Assembly: GCA_026770705.1 (NCBI GenBank)
Contig: JANJGN010000042.1
Location: forward strand, 1,054,001-1,118,000
Reading direction: 5' to 3'
DNA: 64,000 bases
DNA from: Isurus oxyrinchus
Lineage: Eukaryota
Positions 47,104 to 61,810 of the stretch are shown here, piece by piece (position 1 is the first letter of the stretch; each line of letters starts with the position of its first letter). The notes below the pieces were generated by a model. It did no database searches, was not told where the DNA came from, and saw only the letters and a list, made by a program, of their open reading frames with translations. A program made the position numbers and the translations under genes.

Positions 47104-50100
47104 GTCAAGATGGCTCGCAGTAGTATCGGGAAAATGTGTAAATTTATTCAACAGTTGAATTTCTTACCGAGATATAGCAAAGATACAGATGAAGAACTAA
47201 ACATTTCAATATTTGCATAATTTAAACCTATCCCACAGCGTTAGGTTGAGTTTCATTAGTAATTTCCATCTATATATTTTGTAAGCCTCCCTATTTTGAA
47301 GATTGGGGAGAAGGCTTAATGCATAGTAATATTATTGCCACATTAAGCAGAAGAATATGTCAATGATGAAAAAAAAGATGCATTGTTTCTAGATTCTGGA
47401 TCTTTAGGTAATGACCAGAACCAGTTGGTGATGTGATGGCAAATCCCTTGAAGCATTGACCATGAGGTTTTTGAAGTCACGAGAAGTTTTCTCTGAGAGA
47501 AAGCAGAGCGCACAAGCAAAGCATTTGCATGCAAACATGGATCACTGTAAAGAGATGAAGAAATTATTGATTGCAGATTGATGGGAGATGGATCAACGTG
47601 AATCGAATGGAAAATCATTTATTATGATTGCTAGGAGGTGGAAAACAGTGCGGGTTGAGGAAAGCACTAGCTCACAAGGATGTAAGGTTAATCACTGTGA
47701 AATGATTAGGAAAGCGTACCCTATGAAATGATGGGAAATGGATCATTGTGGAGACACGAAGAAAGCAGTGACTAGGGAAGAATAGGAGGTGATGTGTCCG
47801 TTGGAGAGATGAAAACAAACATTTACTATGGAAGACTACCAAACAGGAGCATTGTTAATAGGTGAGAAGGGGATTGACGGAAGGAATGGAGAAAATGTTA
47901 GCTTTTAAATTGATCAGCAAATGATACAAGATGAAGGTCGGTTGGCCCAAAAATCCACAATCATAGAAAAATAAACTATAGATCTGGGCTTCAATTTTAG
48001 CAAATGACAACAGTTAAGGTTAGGATTAAACCGAAGAGTAAATATTATGTCAAGAAGAAGACAAAGGGAAGTTTGTGGCGCTCACCATCCTCCACCATTC
48101 ATTCAGATTGTGGCTGATCTGTGCTTTAGCGAATTAAGCACATCTTACCTTCATGATTATTAATATGCCTAACTAACAAAGCTCTGTCAAACGCAGTTGT
48201 AAGCATTTAAATTGGCATCCAACCTCCACATTTAATTTCCTTTTGGGCTGAGGGGACAGTCTTAGATGGCATCCAGCCAATGTGCAAAGAAGTGTTCCCT
48301 CGATTCGTCCCTGAAATACCAAACTCTACTTTTAAGGTTTTTTTTCGTGTTGTTGTCATATGGTAGATTTTTGTTTTTAGTTTATTACTATATTAACAGC
48401 CATATCAAGTAATTATTTAAGTAACTCAATTAGATCACCCTGTAATCGTCCAGGCAACACAATCCGAAGGTGAAGATCATGCTGGCATAATTTTAACCAT
48501 TTTGTGACCGGTGTTGTTCTGGTGAATCTCTGTTCCATCCCTGCAAGCACTTCCTGATGTGGGCTTCGCAGAAGTGAACAAACTAACGAGAGCTTTGTAC
48601 AACTGAGACAAGGTATCTACCCCTTTGGATTCCAACTACCTCATGCCCAGGGTTAAAGCCAACTATCCATTTGCTTCTTTAATTATTTGTATTCCTTTCC
48701 CACTAACTTTAAGGATTTCCGTAGTTGGAAAGCTAATTATTCGAGATGTTCTACAGTTTTTATCGTCTCATTGTTAGAAAATAACAATCGTCTATCTTCC
48801 TTAATTTCAGACTAGATGACCTCACGTTTCCATAGGGAACTTTACATATCGTTGTGCAGAGCCTACCCCAATCCCGCATTGATTTAATTTTAGGAAGACC
48901 ACTTGCGACTTTCTACTCTTTGCTGTGCTGCTTAAATTATCATTGTCAGCAAATTGAGGTGTACGGCTCTCTATTCCGACTTCTCAAACCCTTGACATGC
49001 ATAGCAGATAAAGTACATCCCAATTCAGAGGCCCCCCTCCCAGAGACAAATAGCTGGCAATTCTTGTGCTGGAAGAACTTTCCATTATTTACTAAAATTT
49101 ACTCATAATCGTTTCTATTCCAACATACTAGGTTTTCCAGTGCCAACACATAACTGAATGTTTTATTCCTGGTCCCATACCAGTAATTCTCATTGCTTCT
49201 GTCGCTAAGCCTTTTCATCCTGAAGGTTAGTGCTGAGAACTGGAGACAAGACTGATCTGTGGTTCCTGGAATATTCCCCACCTCTGGCGCGAGGGGAGCT
49301 GACGTGTAGTTCAATTGCATAATGTTATCTTTTTTTGGACAGGGTACGTTATTGATAAGCTTCCATTCTCCTGTAACTAGGCCCATATCAAAGCAGAACT
49401 GCAACGTCGTGTCCAGACTATCTGCAATTGTAATGCATACTTCACTAATCCGTTTCTGATGCATCCCATCCAACTGGGTGAATTTTTCACCTTGTGCACT
49501 GGCAGAACATTAACTTCTTCCCTTGCATCTGTGCTTCTCCCCTCTGTTTTTATTTTCTTTCCAGTGCCACCTTCTGACTGTGACATTTCCAGCGTTAATT
49601 TCTTCCCTGAAGACTTTTGCAAAGTATTAACTTAGTCCCTACGTCGTACTCCCTCTACCTCCAGAATAAAGTTAACTTTCGCTTTCTAATTGACTCAGCC
49701 TTATTTTGGCTACATGTTTTCTCTTTACATGTTTAGAACAGAGGTTTAGACTCACCTTTCCATTACCTGATAATCTATTGCCAAATGCTCTTTGCCACTT
49801 TTTACATGATCTCTTATCATTCCCTTTGTCTGCTTTATGAAAATAAACTATCGCCACTCAGAGAGCCTCCTCTTGTTCATTTAGTGATTTGCTTAGTCTT
49901 TCACGTCAATCCATCTGGAGCACGTCACCTTTCCATTCACCAAAATTAACGCCACTTCCGTTGAATATTTTCACATATGATTAGTTCTTCTACAAATCCA
50001 TATGTACTTTAAACATAATGATATTATCATTATTTTCCATATTATCTCCGTCTGCTACATGCCTCACATAATTCCTTAGAACTAGATACGACTGCTTCCT

Positions 50101-53100
50101 TCCTTGATTGGGGGTAAAACACAGAGACCATGAGAACTATCTTATCCACATTGTACGAGTTACTCCATGTCTTTTTGTTTGATACAGTTTCATTCAGCCT
50201 CGTATAATAAATGATGCCCCCTATCGCCAATACGCTGAATTTCTCACAAATTTCTGTGACGTTCCTGTAGTTTTGCTCCTCCATTTCCTCCCCACTATGT
50301 TGTGGTCCATTTTATACACCTAGCACCTAATAATGTTTCTGCTATTCATCAGTTCTACTGAAACAAATTCCGTGTTCGAACTCTCAAGTACACCAACACT
50401 TTCTAATGCTTAAAAAGTATATTACGTAAATGTTCCACCTTCGCTCCTTTTTTTTCCTTCCTCATCTTTCCTCAAAATGTTGTCGACATGATTTCAAAAT
50501 TGACATGCCTTCCCTCACTTCCCCTAGGTCTCTGTTACTGCAGTTACAACATAATGCTACGTGGTCTCTCGTACCTACAGCCCAATGATGTTAATTAACA
50601 TTTACCAGGAATTAACACACATGGGCACAATGTGATCTTGGATTGTTTTGCAATTCTCCGTGCACCAACCTATCTAATTCGGAGCTGTTCCTCAATTAAA
50701 TCTAATTTGTTTCTTTACGCTCTCTGCAACTTTTCTCTGCCCTCAAGTTCTTCATCTGTTGGGTGGGTGGTGTTGGGGGTAGGGGGTGGTGGTGGTGGGG
50801 TAGTGGAGTTGGATGTGCCTTCTCTGCTATACTCATTTAAAGCCTCCACCACGATTTGATTAATATTCCTGCGATGGATTGATTTCAGTCCTCTTTGTAT
50901 GCAATGCGTCCACATTCTTCAGGTCCGAACAGCCTCTCAAATGGTCCCATTGGCCCCATATTTTGAAGCATCTTCTGAACAGTTTCGTCATTCGTACATT
51001 AACCTGGATTATTTTGCTGCTCTTGCACTAACCGTTCTGTAGCACTGGGGATAATCGGGAGATTGCCAACAGGAAGGATGTGCTCTAGGTGCTGAAATTA
51101 TTTCGGTAGAATCTCAATCCTTTCCCTACCTGTATCATTGGTTGAAACATGGACCGTGACTTTTGGTCATTTTCCTTTCCTTTTCAAAATCTTCTTCATC
51201 TACTCAGTGATGTAACTGACTTTGGCACAATTGAGCTAAAGTGAAACTTATGTTGGTGGTGGCAGAAGCGCTGGCCAATTCCCCGGACTGTCAAGTTCCC
51301 TAAAGAACTGCAATCCTCCACTTTATGATTCACTGACTTGTTTAAATCTGGCCCCTAGTGACGTGGATGATTACTAGACAGCTCTACTCAAAGCCCTGCA
51401 AACCGATTTGAATATGTAACAATCCTGGAGGATTCCTGCACTGTGAGCATTTCCTTAACCTATCGGATAACCAACCACTTACTAACCTCCTGAACACTAG
51501 ATAGACAGGATGACAACCTCCTATGATTAATGCACTTCAGGAGATTCTCAGGCCCACAGGAACTCCAGATGCTCCTCGATTAGTATACATGAGTTGATTG
51601 ATTTCCTTTGCACCTTACTCATGTTTATTATTTTATTCATGTTGGAAACTTGATGTTTATTTATTAATTTTGATCCGGGAAATTTTGCTGTCCTCTGCCG
51701 TGGGACCGTAAACAGAATTCCCGTTTGCTTCCTCAGACAGAAGCAAAAGATCCTGTGACATTATTTCGAAGAAGGACAGGGAAGTTCTACCCGAAGCCCT
51801 GTTAAATATTTATCACTCAATCAACATCATGAAAAGGAGATTATCAGGTCATTATCACATTGAGCTTGCGGAGTTTGTTTTGTGGAAATCGACTGCCATG
51901 TCCATACATTACAAAAGTGATTACAGCTCAGGAGGATTTCACTGGACAGAAAAGGCGCTGGACGTTCTGATGTGGTGAATAGTGCTACATAAATGCAATT
52001 CTTCCTTTTTTATTAATATTTTTCTCTCTCTTATCTATAATGATTTTCCAACTGTATCTATCCACTTATTTAGCTATCATTTTGAATAAAGACGTATTCC
52101 ATGGTTGCACTTGATGTTGGACCCCTCTGTATAGTCCAGTAGGAGAGTGACACATTGATACAGAGTTGGAGACAGCGGACATGTCTCAAATTAAACAAGT
52201 TGCTAAACATCAAATTCTGAATAATTACACATTCAAGTGTGAACATTTTTTTTGTTTCTGTCTCACACTTGATATATTTCACTCATCTCTCATTTTTTCC
52301 ATCTCTCTTTCCGACTAACCATCTCTGTACCTGTCACCTATCTGTTTATATCTGTATGTACTTAATAATATTCCTCTCATCTACACACACATACACACAC
52401 ACACACCAGAAAATCTGTAGCATTGCACAGGGAGCATTGGGAGCAAGTATTGCTTTCACATGAGGAAAGCAAAGGATAATTAGAGCAAGGATATTATTCA
52501 GTTCACATTCCAAAGCCATTTTCTCAGTCCTTATTTCCCCCATGGCATTAAAAATTCCTAACTGCACATTTGCAATGTAGATTGCGAACATTCGCTTATT
52601 AGGTAGTGATTACAAACAGAAACTAACAACAATGTTTTTTCAGCATGCCCGTCCTCTCTGACAATGCTGTCGATCACAGTCTATACTTCAACCAACTGCA
52701 CTTCTCTCCTCCCAAAACTGCAGTAGGTTTAACCATTTAGCTACAATATTGTTCATGTAACATCAACATATTTTCTAAACCTTACGTCATGATCCATGAT
52801 ATTAAAATGGAGAATGCTTATACTTACTCACCTTGTGAGACCATACTGCAAAGCAATTCACTGGAATTAGAAGGAACAGAGCAGAGTATATATACAATCA
52901 CTGACAATACTAACCGAGAGGGTGCAATAGACTTTGAACAGAACATGGCATTACAATAGAAAGCAGTTTAATTTAGCTTGCCAGTAAAAGAATGACAATT
53001 CTTGTACACGCAAAAACCATGTCAGGACTGACTTTGAAGCATAGGGATAGTCAAAGGTAATAATGTGGAAATGGGAAAGTTCTGAACAGATACATGAGAA

Positions 53101-53618
53101 TAAAAGAATTTGTTGTCCAGGTCAATATTTCATTGAAAGCTAGCGGATGATCAAAATACTAATGGGATGGCGTTTTTCTGGTCCAAACATATTGAGTAAG
53201 CAGCAATTTTTAAAGAAACACTATCGTTCAAATTTCATTTGGAATGCAATGTTCCAATCATAGGAACTGCAGATGGACTACGTTAGGTGTGCTAGGAGTC
53301 AAGCAATGATTCACGAGTATCGTCATATTTGTTTCTGAAAATTGTATAATGATAGTGGGGTATTTAACATCCATAACAAATAATTGACTTAAAGATCGAG
53401 AAGACACACAAGTGATATTCTCCATACTTAGGCTTCTGAATGTTGATGGCGGGGGGTAATTCCCAAACCCAGAATGATTGTTATCTTTCACGATAGTTAT
53501 ACATAATATTGTTGTTATTGTTGTTGTTGTATACTCCGGACGTTACAGTTGAACTGAATATCATTTTTCTCATTGCGGTACTCACTGGGTTTTAATGCTA
53601 TGACTTTTTACACTGTAG

Positions 53619-53627
53619 GTGAAATAG
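53619..53627 (+). CDS. IgNAR: Duplicate IgNAR TM2 exon (VK*), sequence-intact
   Basis: CTTTTTACACTGTAG|GTGAAATAG, paralog of 36791-36799. Whether it is used is unknown. Confidence 0.6.
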   Translation: MK

Positions 53628-53907
53628 CAGCTCTTTAACCACAGGGCCCTTCAGCTTTTATTCAAAGCTTGGTGGCGAAGTCCTCTTGGGGACAGATTGT
53701 GTGACTCTATCAGCATTAGCAGCTGCTCCATTACACCACTTCACCTTGTGGTTGCTGCATAGCCTCAGCCAATCCGTGGCAACTCTGCTTAATTTACTTC
53801 TATTAGCTCATAAATTAACACATTTTTTCTTAAGCAGCAGCGCTAAATAGAATTGTGCATCATTACAACAACCGAGTATGTTCAGCAAATCCCACTTAAT
53901 CAATTAA

Positions 53908-53913
53908 AATAAA
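53908..53913 (+). terminator. Duplicate membrane-form poly(A) signal
   Basis: AATAAA within a ~70-bp block identical to 37071-37140. Confidence 0.6.
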
Positions 53914-56900
53914 TTGAGAAGAAAACATTGAATGCCGCTATGTGTTAGTACTACTTTTGAAATAGTAGGATTGTTTCCTGTCTCAGTCATTTTTAAAATA
54001 TCTTATGACAATTTGAATTTGAAAATTAACAAGAAAAACGCCCTTACCACGTCCGTGAGCTCGCAGACAACCCACCAGGCTTGTCGAACCTGCCCTTGTC
54101 CTGGGATGAGTTAAGGCTCGCCAGCTGTTACAGAAGGTCCAAGCATTCCCTTTAGGAAATGGAAACACACATGTGAATAATCCCAAAAATACATTCTCGA
54201 AACAAGATCTGCAGTAATAATAAGCACTCATCTGGTCACCACTTATATTGATAATCTCATTTTGTTAAGGAAAGACTTTATCTACTGGCATTTGTTCCAG
54301 AATTGTTAATAGACCATATTTGAATGTGGAAATTATTTAATTAGTGCTGCGTAGCTGAGCAAATTTTCAAAACGTTTTGTGCATATCTCATATACAGCTC
54401 CCAGAGGAGCACAGCATTGCATCTTCGCTTACCAGCATCATGCAAGTAACATAGACATTGATTTCTGGCACAGTCGCACGGGCTTACATCCTTTTAGAGA
54501 CCCAATGGAAACTAAAGGCAGACCTGACTGCTTGTTAGCTACATAGATTCCTGAAACATATGTTTAAAAACAAAACCCTTGTTTGTGGACTACTCTGGAG
54601 GCTTGTTGCTCTGTGATCCCTGATGCCTCCAAATCAATTCCACTGAAGATCTATTTCTAGCCAATGTTTTAACACGTTTAAAGAAAATCCGTTAAGGACA
54701 CAAGAAGGGAGAACCAATATAACAGGATCACAAAATCATAATGACAAAGAAGGAGGCCTTTCGGCCCATCGTGTCTGCACCGACTCCCCAAATGAGCATA
54801 ACGACCTAGTGTCAGTCTCCTGCCTTTTCCCTGTACCCATGCGCATTGTTTCTATTCAAAACAAATATCCAATGCCTTCTTGAACCTCCATTGAAACTGC
54901 CTCCTCTATAATACCAGGTAGCACCTTCCAGACCCAAACCACTATTGCCTGAAAGTGTTTTCTCCCACGTCACAGTTGCTTCATTGTCCTCTCGTTCTTT
55001 ATCCTTTAATGACCAGCAACAGCTTCTCCTTATCTAATCTGTTCAGGTTCCTCGTGATTTTGAACATCTCTATTAAATCTCCTCTTAGCCTTCATCTCTC
55101 CAAGGAGAACAGTCTGAACCTCTTCAATCTATCCACATAGCTGAAGATTCTCATCCGTGGAACCATTCTTGTAAACCTCCTCTGCACTCTCTCCAATGTG
55201 TTTACATCCTTCCTATAATGTTGCGCCAAGAACTGTACATAATGCTCCAGCTGAGGCCTCGCGAGCGTCATATATAAAATCAGCTAACCTCCGTGCTCTT
55301 GTACATTATACCCCTATTAGCAAAACCCAGTATACCGTTTGCTTCATTAACTTCTCTCTCCACCCTGTCACATTCAACTATCTATGCTCATATACACCCG
55401 AGGCCTTTCTGCTTCTGCACCCTGTTTCCAATTTTATCCCTTATTTAGACTGTCTGTAAATAGTCATCCTATAAAATACAGCACTTCACACTTCTCCGCA
55501 TTGAACTTCATCTGCCACCTACCTCCCCAGTCCATCAACTTGGCTATGTCCTCTTGAAGTTCTGCACTGTCCTCCTCGCTGTTTACAACACTCCCAAGCT
55601 GAGTATCATTCGCAAGCATTCAAATTCACCCCTGCACACCAAGCTCTGAATAATTAAAATATATCAGGACAAGCAAAGGTCCCAGTGCCGATCCCTGGGG
55701 AACTCCACTGCAAACCTCCCTCCAGCTGGTACAATATCAATTGACCATTAGTCTCTGCCTCCTATTTTTTTCACATAATTTTGCATCGACGTTGTTATTG
55801 TCCATTTTATTCCATGGGCAATAACTTTTCTCACATGTCTGTTGATTAGCACTGTATCAAATACCTTTTGAAAGTCCATACACACCACTTAAACAGCATT
55901 ACCCTCATTGACCTTTTCTGTCGCCTCTTCAGATAACTCCAGCAAGTTCGTTAAACACGATTTCCCCCTGAGAAATCCATGCTAGCTCTTGTTTATCAAC
56001 CATTATTTTTGCATGTGACTGCTAATTCCATCTGTAATAATTTTTCTTTCCAGAATCTTGCCCACCGCTTAAGTTAAGCTGCCTGGTCTGTAATTACTGG
56101 GATTATTCTTACCACATTTTTTGAACAGGGGCGTAATGCTTGCAATTCCACAGCCTTTTCCATAAAACATCGTTGCCCAAGTCTAGAAAGTGAATTTTCC
56201 TAATTATACTATTTCAGATACAAACACTGATATTTGATGTTCTGAATAATTACGACATAAACTGAGTGAAAATTATAACATATACGGACAGGTATTTTTT
56301 TTTTGCATTCAGTTAGATCATGGTTGATCTGCACCTTAACGTTGTTGTTCCACATTGGCTCAAGGTCCTTCGTTTACTTTATCTGTAATGGCAATATTTG
56401 CAGTGATTTGTCTAAATGAAATGTTAGAAACATTGGGAACTTACGCCCGTTGCTAGTCATGTGGAGATTGCATGTTCTCAACAATACATTTAATATTCAT
56501 CTTTGTTTTATATGTTGCTACAGTGTTATTATTTAGTCATTATTTTATACTCTGTACACGCAAAGGTTTGGAATATGTGTGATGCTGAAATTCACCGTTG
56601 TTTTTATTTTTTTAAAAAACGAGTGTTCCATCTTTATTTCTAACATTTGTTTAGCTCATACAATTTGTCCAAGTTTCTGATTGCTCCAATTATTAGGTTA
56701 ATGCAACTCACCTGTAAATATCATTAATATAAAACATCAAAAATAGAATAACGAGAGATGCAATTCAATTGAACAATGAGCTTATTAACCCCCACTTATT
56801 ATTGCAGCTATTTAATTGATTAGAACAACATTATCTTGGATGAATGAAGAGAACTTTGGAAATAATCTGGAAAATTTATAAGGTCTAATTATTCAGCAAC

Positions 56901-59900
56901 ATATCAGAAATTTAAACAAGGTCCACAAATATTCTTTAGGTAATGAGTATTCACTCTTAGCAGCTATGTTCTGATAATTAATTTGTTGAATTAACAATCA
57001 TCAATTTACTGAAGCGACGCTTATGATTCAATATAGTTAGATTTATTAACTGCATTCTGTGGGAACATCACTTGAGATGAATAGGCCGTTATGCAACAAG
57101 GAATGAGAGCTTAGTCCTGAACTTGGAGCAGCTGCGAATTATTGATTTATTAATGGCAAGTTGGCTTCTCTGGGTTAAGCAAGTTATTATTGACTATCCC
57201 TAATTGCCCTTGAAAGCTGGTGATGCGCCGCTTTAATGAAATGCAGTTGCCCACTTGGTGGATGTGCAAAAACATTTATGTCAGGAAGGCAGTTAGAGGG
57301 CTTTGGCCCAGCAGCATGGATGCAACAGCAACATATTTCCAAGTCAGGGTGGCGTGTGGTTTGGAGGGTAACTTGCAATCGGTGGTGTTCCATTTCATCT
57401 ACAGACTTTGTCCTTCAAGGTGGCAGAGGTCAAGGGTTTGTTTGCTCTCGATGGACGCTTCGTGAATTGCTGAAGTTCATTTTGTGTTGTATATGCTGCT
57501 GTCACTACCTGTCGCTGATGGAGGGAGTAAATGTTTAAGAGGATGAATAAGTTGCGATTGAAGGGGGCTCCATTTCCTGATGTTATGGAGTTTCGTGAGT
57601 GCTGTTGGAGCTGCATTTATCTGGGCAGTGGACAATATTCCATCACACTCCTGTCTTGTGCCTTGTAGATCGTGGACAGTTCTTGGTGGGGGTGAGGTGA
57701 GTTTCTCACTGCAGAGTTCCTAACCTGTGAACTGCTCTTTTCGCCAAATTATTTATCTGGATGGTACAGTTCAGATTCTCTCCAATAGTAATCCCCACAA
57801 TGTTGATATTGGGGGTGTCAGTGATAGTAATGTCATTGATTCTCAGACGGAAATGAGTAGATTTTCTCATATTGGAGATGACCATTGCCTAATAATCGTA
57901 TCGAACGAATGTTAGTTTCAAATTATCAGCCCAAGTCTAGATGTTGTCCTATTCTTGCTGCCCAAGGCCAGGAGCTGCTTCATTATCTGTGGTGCGGATA
58001 TTCTTGTTTAACCTTGTACAATCAATAGCGAACATCCCCACTTCTGACCTGATGATGGAAGGATGGTCATTGATGAAGCAGCGGAAGATTTATGGGCCGA
58101 GATCACTACCCCGAGGAACTCCTACAGGAATATCCTGGGACTAAGATGTTTGACCTTCAAAAACCACAATGATCTTCTTTTGTGCTAAGTATGACTCTTA
58201 CCAGTTTCCCATTGACACCAGTTTTTTGAGGGCTCCTTAATGCCACACTCGGTCAAAGGATGCCCTGATGTCAACAGCAGTTATTCTCATCTCACCTCTT
58301 TTGTTCAATTCTGGTTCATATTTGGTTCTAGAATGCAATGGCGTTCAGAGTTGAGTAGCGATGATGCAACACAGACTGAGCGTCAATGAACACCTCTTTG
58401 TGACACTGTTGAAAACACCTCCCATCACTTTGTTGATAACCAAGAGTAAACTGATGGTGGGGTAATTGGCCGTGTTGGATTTGTCACTTCTTTTGTGCAC
58501 ATGCTAAAAATAGGAAATGTTCTACTTTTCGGGGTGTATGCCAGTGTTCCAAATACACTGGAACAGTTTGGCTAGGGGTACAGCTAATTCTGGAGGACAA
58601 GACTTCAGCGCAATTGCTGGAATGTTGTCAGGGCCCGAAACCTTTGCAGTTTTTAGAGCCTTCAGCAGCTTTTTCATGAAGTGGGGTGAATCAAATTGGC
58701 TGAAGACTCTCTCTTCTGATGCTGCTGACCTCAAGAGCAGGCATAGTTCAACCATCCACTGAGCATTTCTGACTGAAGATTGTTGCAAATGATTCGGCTT
58801 TGTCTTTTGCACTGATGTTCTGGGCTCGCCTGTTATTGGTGATGAGGGTATTTATGGATTCTCATCGTCTTATTAATTGTTGATTTATCCAAGCCCTTTT
58901 TTTGACTGGATGTGGCAGGACTGCAGACCTTCAATATGACATGTTGGTTGCACGATTACTTACTTCTCTCGATCGCATGCTGTTTCTGCTCTTTGGCAAT
59001 CAAGTATCTTGTGTTCTCTATTCACCATGTTGACACCTCAATTTTAGGCCTGCCTGATTCTGCCAAAGCCATGCCCACCTCAACTCTTTGTTCAACTAGT
59101 TTGGATCCACTGATTTGATGGTAGTGGTGTAGGGGGCTATTTGCTGGGCCCCGAGGTTATAGATTGCGGTTGAATAGATATCCACTGTTGGTGATGGTCC
59201 ACATTGCCTCATAGACTGTCCAGTTTAAAGTTGCAAGATGTATTGGAAATCAATCCCAATAACACGGTGATAGGTGCCATACAACAGGAATCTCTCTGGT
59301 AAGTGTTTCACAAGATAGAATTTAGATTAGAAGTCACTATCTGGTATGAAACCTAGGCATGCTAGTTAAGAAGCCTAGTTAACAGAAACGGCTATGTCAC
59401 GTTCAGTTAACAGTCAGCCAACTGAATGTTGCTACCCGAATAGATGTTATTTACCAAAGCAGAAAGCTGACTTAGCATTTGCATTTTGGTTTGAGCCATC
59501 TGCTCTCTCTCTTTCGAGAAGTATACAGAGTGAGACGACAAAGTGAGATCACAAGGCTTTCCTGCAACGAGGAAAAAAAGCCAATTTGGAAATTTGGTGT
59601 AAGTGGGAAATCAGTGCAAAGGGAGAAGGAGGTGTCCTTTTTGTACCATCTGGGGCCTTCAGTAGCTGGTAGGTTTTTTCTTCTGCCAAAACGCTATGGG
59701 GCATAGCTTGCTATTAGTTTAGCTGTATCGATTAGTATCTATTTTATTGGTTAATTAAATATGATTATTCAAACATGACAGTGATGCTGGTGTGCTGTAA
59801 CTCAAAAACATCAGAATCTGTGGAATGATTGCAATCCTGGAGAACTAAATCTCTTCGAGTGACCTCACCTCTGATCTGTTGAGCAATGTTGTCGTTTCTG

Positions 59901-60559
59901 CGTTACACAGATACCTCAACCAAGAGGATTGGTAACACAATTATGTGGGCTTTTATTTCAAGCAGTGAAACCACATGCGCCTATCTCTGAAAGTCCCTTG
60001 ACAGGTCCTGTCTCTCCAGCTGCTCATATCTTCAGCGTGATGATTAATTGAGCATATGCATCACAATCACTCTGATGGTATATAGTACTTTTAGATACGC
60101 TCCTTAAAGGCATTCCAAAGCAAGCAGCAGCCAGAGTCCCATATGATGTGTCGAATCATGGAGGGGGGATTAGTCCCTGGACATTGTGTTCCAGGAGGCA
60201 CTGTCACCCCTTTATGTCAGGTAGAAAGTTAGAGTCTTTCGATGACCAGAGACAGCGGGTTATGACTGTGAGATAGGCATGGATCAGGATGCTGTGGATA
60301 CTGATGGGAGGTTCTGAGCCCATGAATTTGCCCAAGAGACCGAAGTGCTTGCAACCTATTTGAATGAGCAGAAAGACTGTAGTTTGTAGAACAAAGTGAG
60401 GATGGCTCCAGGGTGCAGGAAAGCATTCAATGGGTGTGGGGTGGTAACGGGCTGCGGAGTAGGGTAGTGGAAATAAATGTAGTACTGCCTGAGCGATGTA
60501 CAGTTAGGTGTAGACGCTGTCATTTGCAGCTGCGGCTTGAAGCTCAGAAGGTTGTGCTT

Positions 60560-61810
60560 AATCGTTGAGGGAGTAACATGTGCTGTCGATGTAGGGGAAC
60601 TGGTGAGTGTTCTGTACTTAGATTTGCAGAAGACATTTGATAAAGTGCTAAATCAGGTGTTATTGCGTAAAATAAAAGCACTCATGGTAAAGGGATAACA
60701 TTTTGGCATGGGTAGAAGATTGACTGGCTAACGGGAAGAAGAGAGGAGGCATATATGGGCCCTTTCAGCTTGGCAGGATGTATCGAGTGTTGTGCCACAG
60801 GGGTCAGTGCTGGCGGTTCAACGATATATAATTTATATAAATAACTTCGATGAAGTGATGGGTGGGAATGTTGCCAAATTTGCTGATGCTGCAAAGTTAA
60901 GTCAGAAACACAGTTGTGAAGAGCACATAATGAGGCTAAAAATACAAATAGATTAACTGAGTGGGAAAAGATCTGGCAAATATACTATAACGTGAGAAAA
61001 TGTGAAATTGTCCATTCTGTCAGGAAGAATAAAAGACAGGCACATTATCCAAATTTTGAGAGACTGTAGAACTTTGAGGTGCAGAGTGGTCTGGGTGACT
61101 TAGTGCCTGAATCATAAAAGGATTGTATGTAGCACATCAGGTAGTTAGGAGAACTAATAGAATGTTATCATTAATTGGGAGGGAATTGATCACATAAGTG
61201 GGGAGGTTACGCTTCAGTTATGCAGGACACTAGTGACACCACACCAGGAATGCTGTACACAGTGTTCATCACGTTTTTTTGAGGAAGGCTGTAAATGTGT
61301 TGGAAGCATTTCAGAGAAGGCTTACCAGGCTAATACATGGAACGGGAGGGTTGTCTAATGAGGATATGTTGGAAAGGCTAGGCTTGTATCCGCTGAAGTT
61401 TAGAAGAGTAAGAGGTGACTGGGCTGAAACATAGAAGGAACTGAGGGGTCTTGACAGAGTGTATTTGGAGAGGATGTTTCCTTTTGTAGGAGAATCCATA
61501 ACTCAAGGTAACTGTTAAGAAAAAATGAGTCGCCCATTTCAAATGGAGGTGATTCGATTATTAATTTCTCCAAGGGGGTCGTACGTCTTTGGTACTCTTT
61601 TCTGGAAAAGGCCTTAGAGGCAGCGTATTTCAACATTTTAATGGTTAAGGTGGACAGATTCTTGGAAAGTATGGGGGTTTTAGGCAATCTCGGGTAGGTG
61701 GGCTGCTGTTTTGAGGTTATTATCAGATAAGTCATGGTCTTATTGATTGGCAAAGCAATTTCGAAGATCAAATAACCTTCTCCCGCTCCTTATTCTTACG
61801 TTCGTATAAC
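60560..61810 (+). mobile_element. Degenerate CR1 LINE within the copy-B-only segment
   Basis: Remnants LYLDLQKTFDKV, VPQGSVL, KFADAAK and a CR1 3' end (CTCCTTATTCTTACGTTCGTAT). Confidence 0.75.
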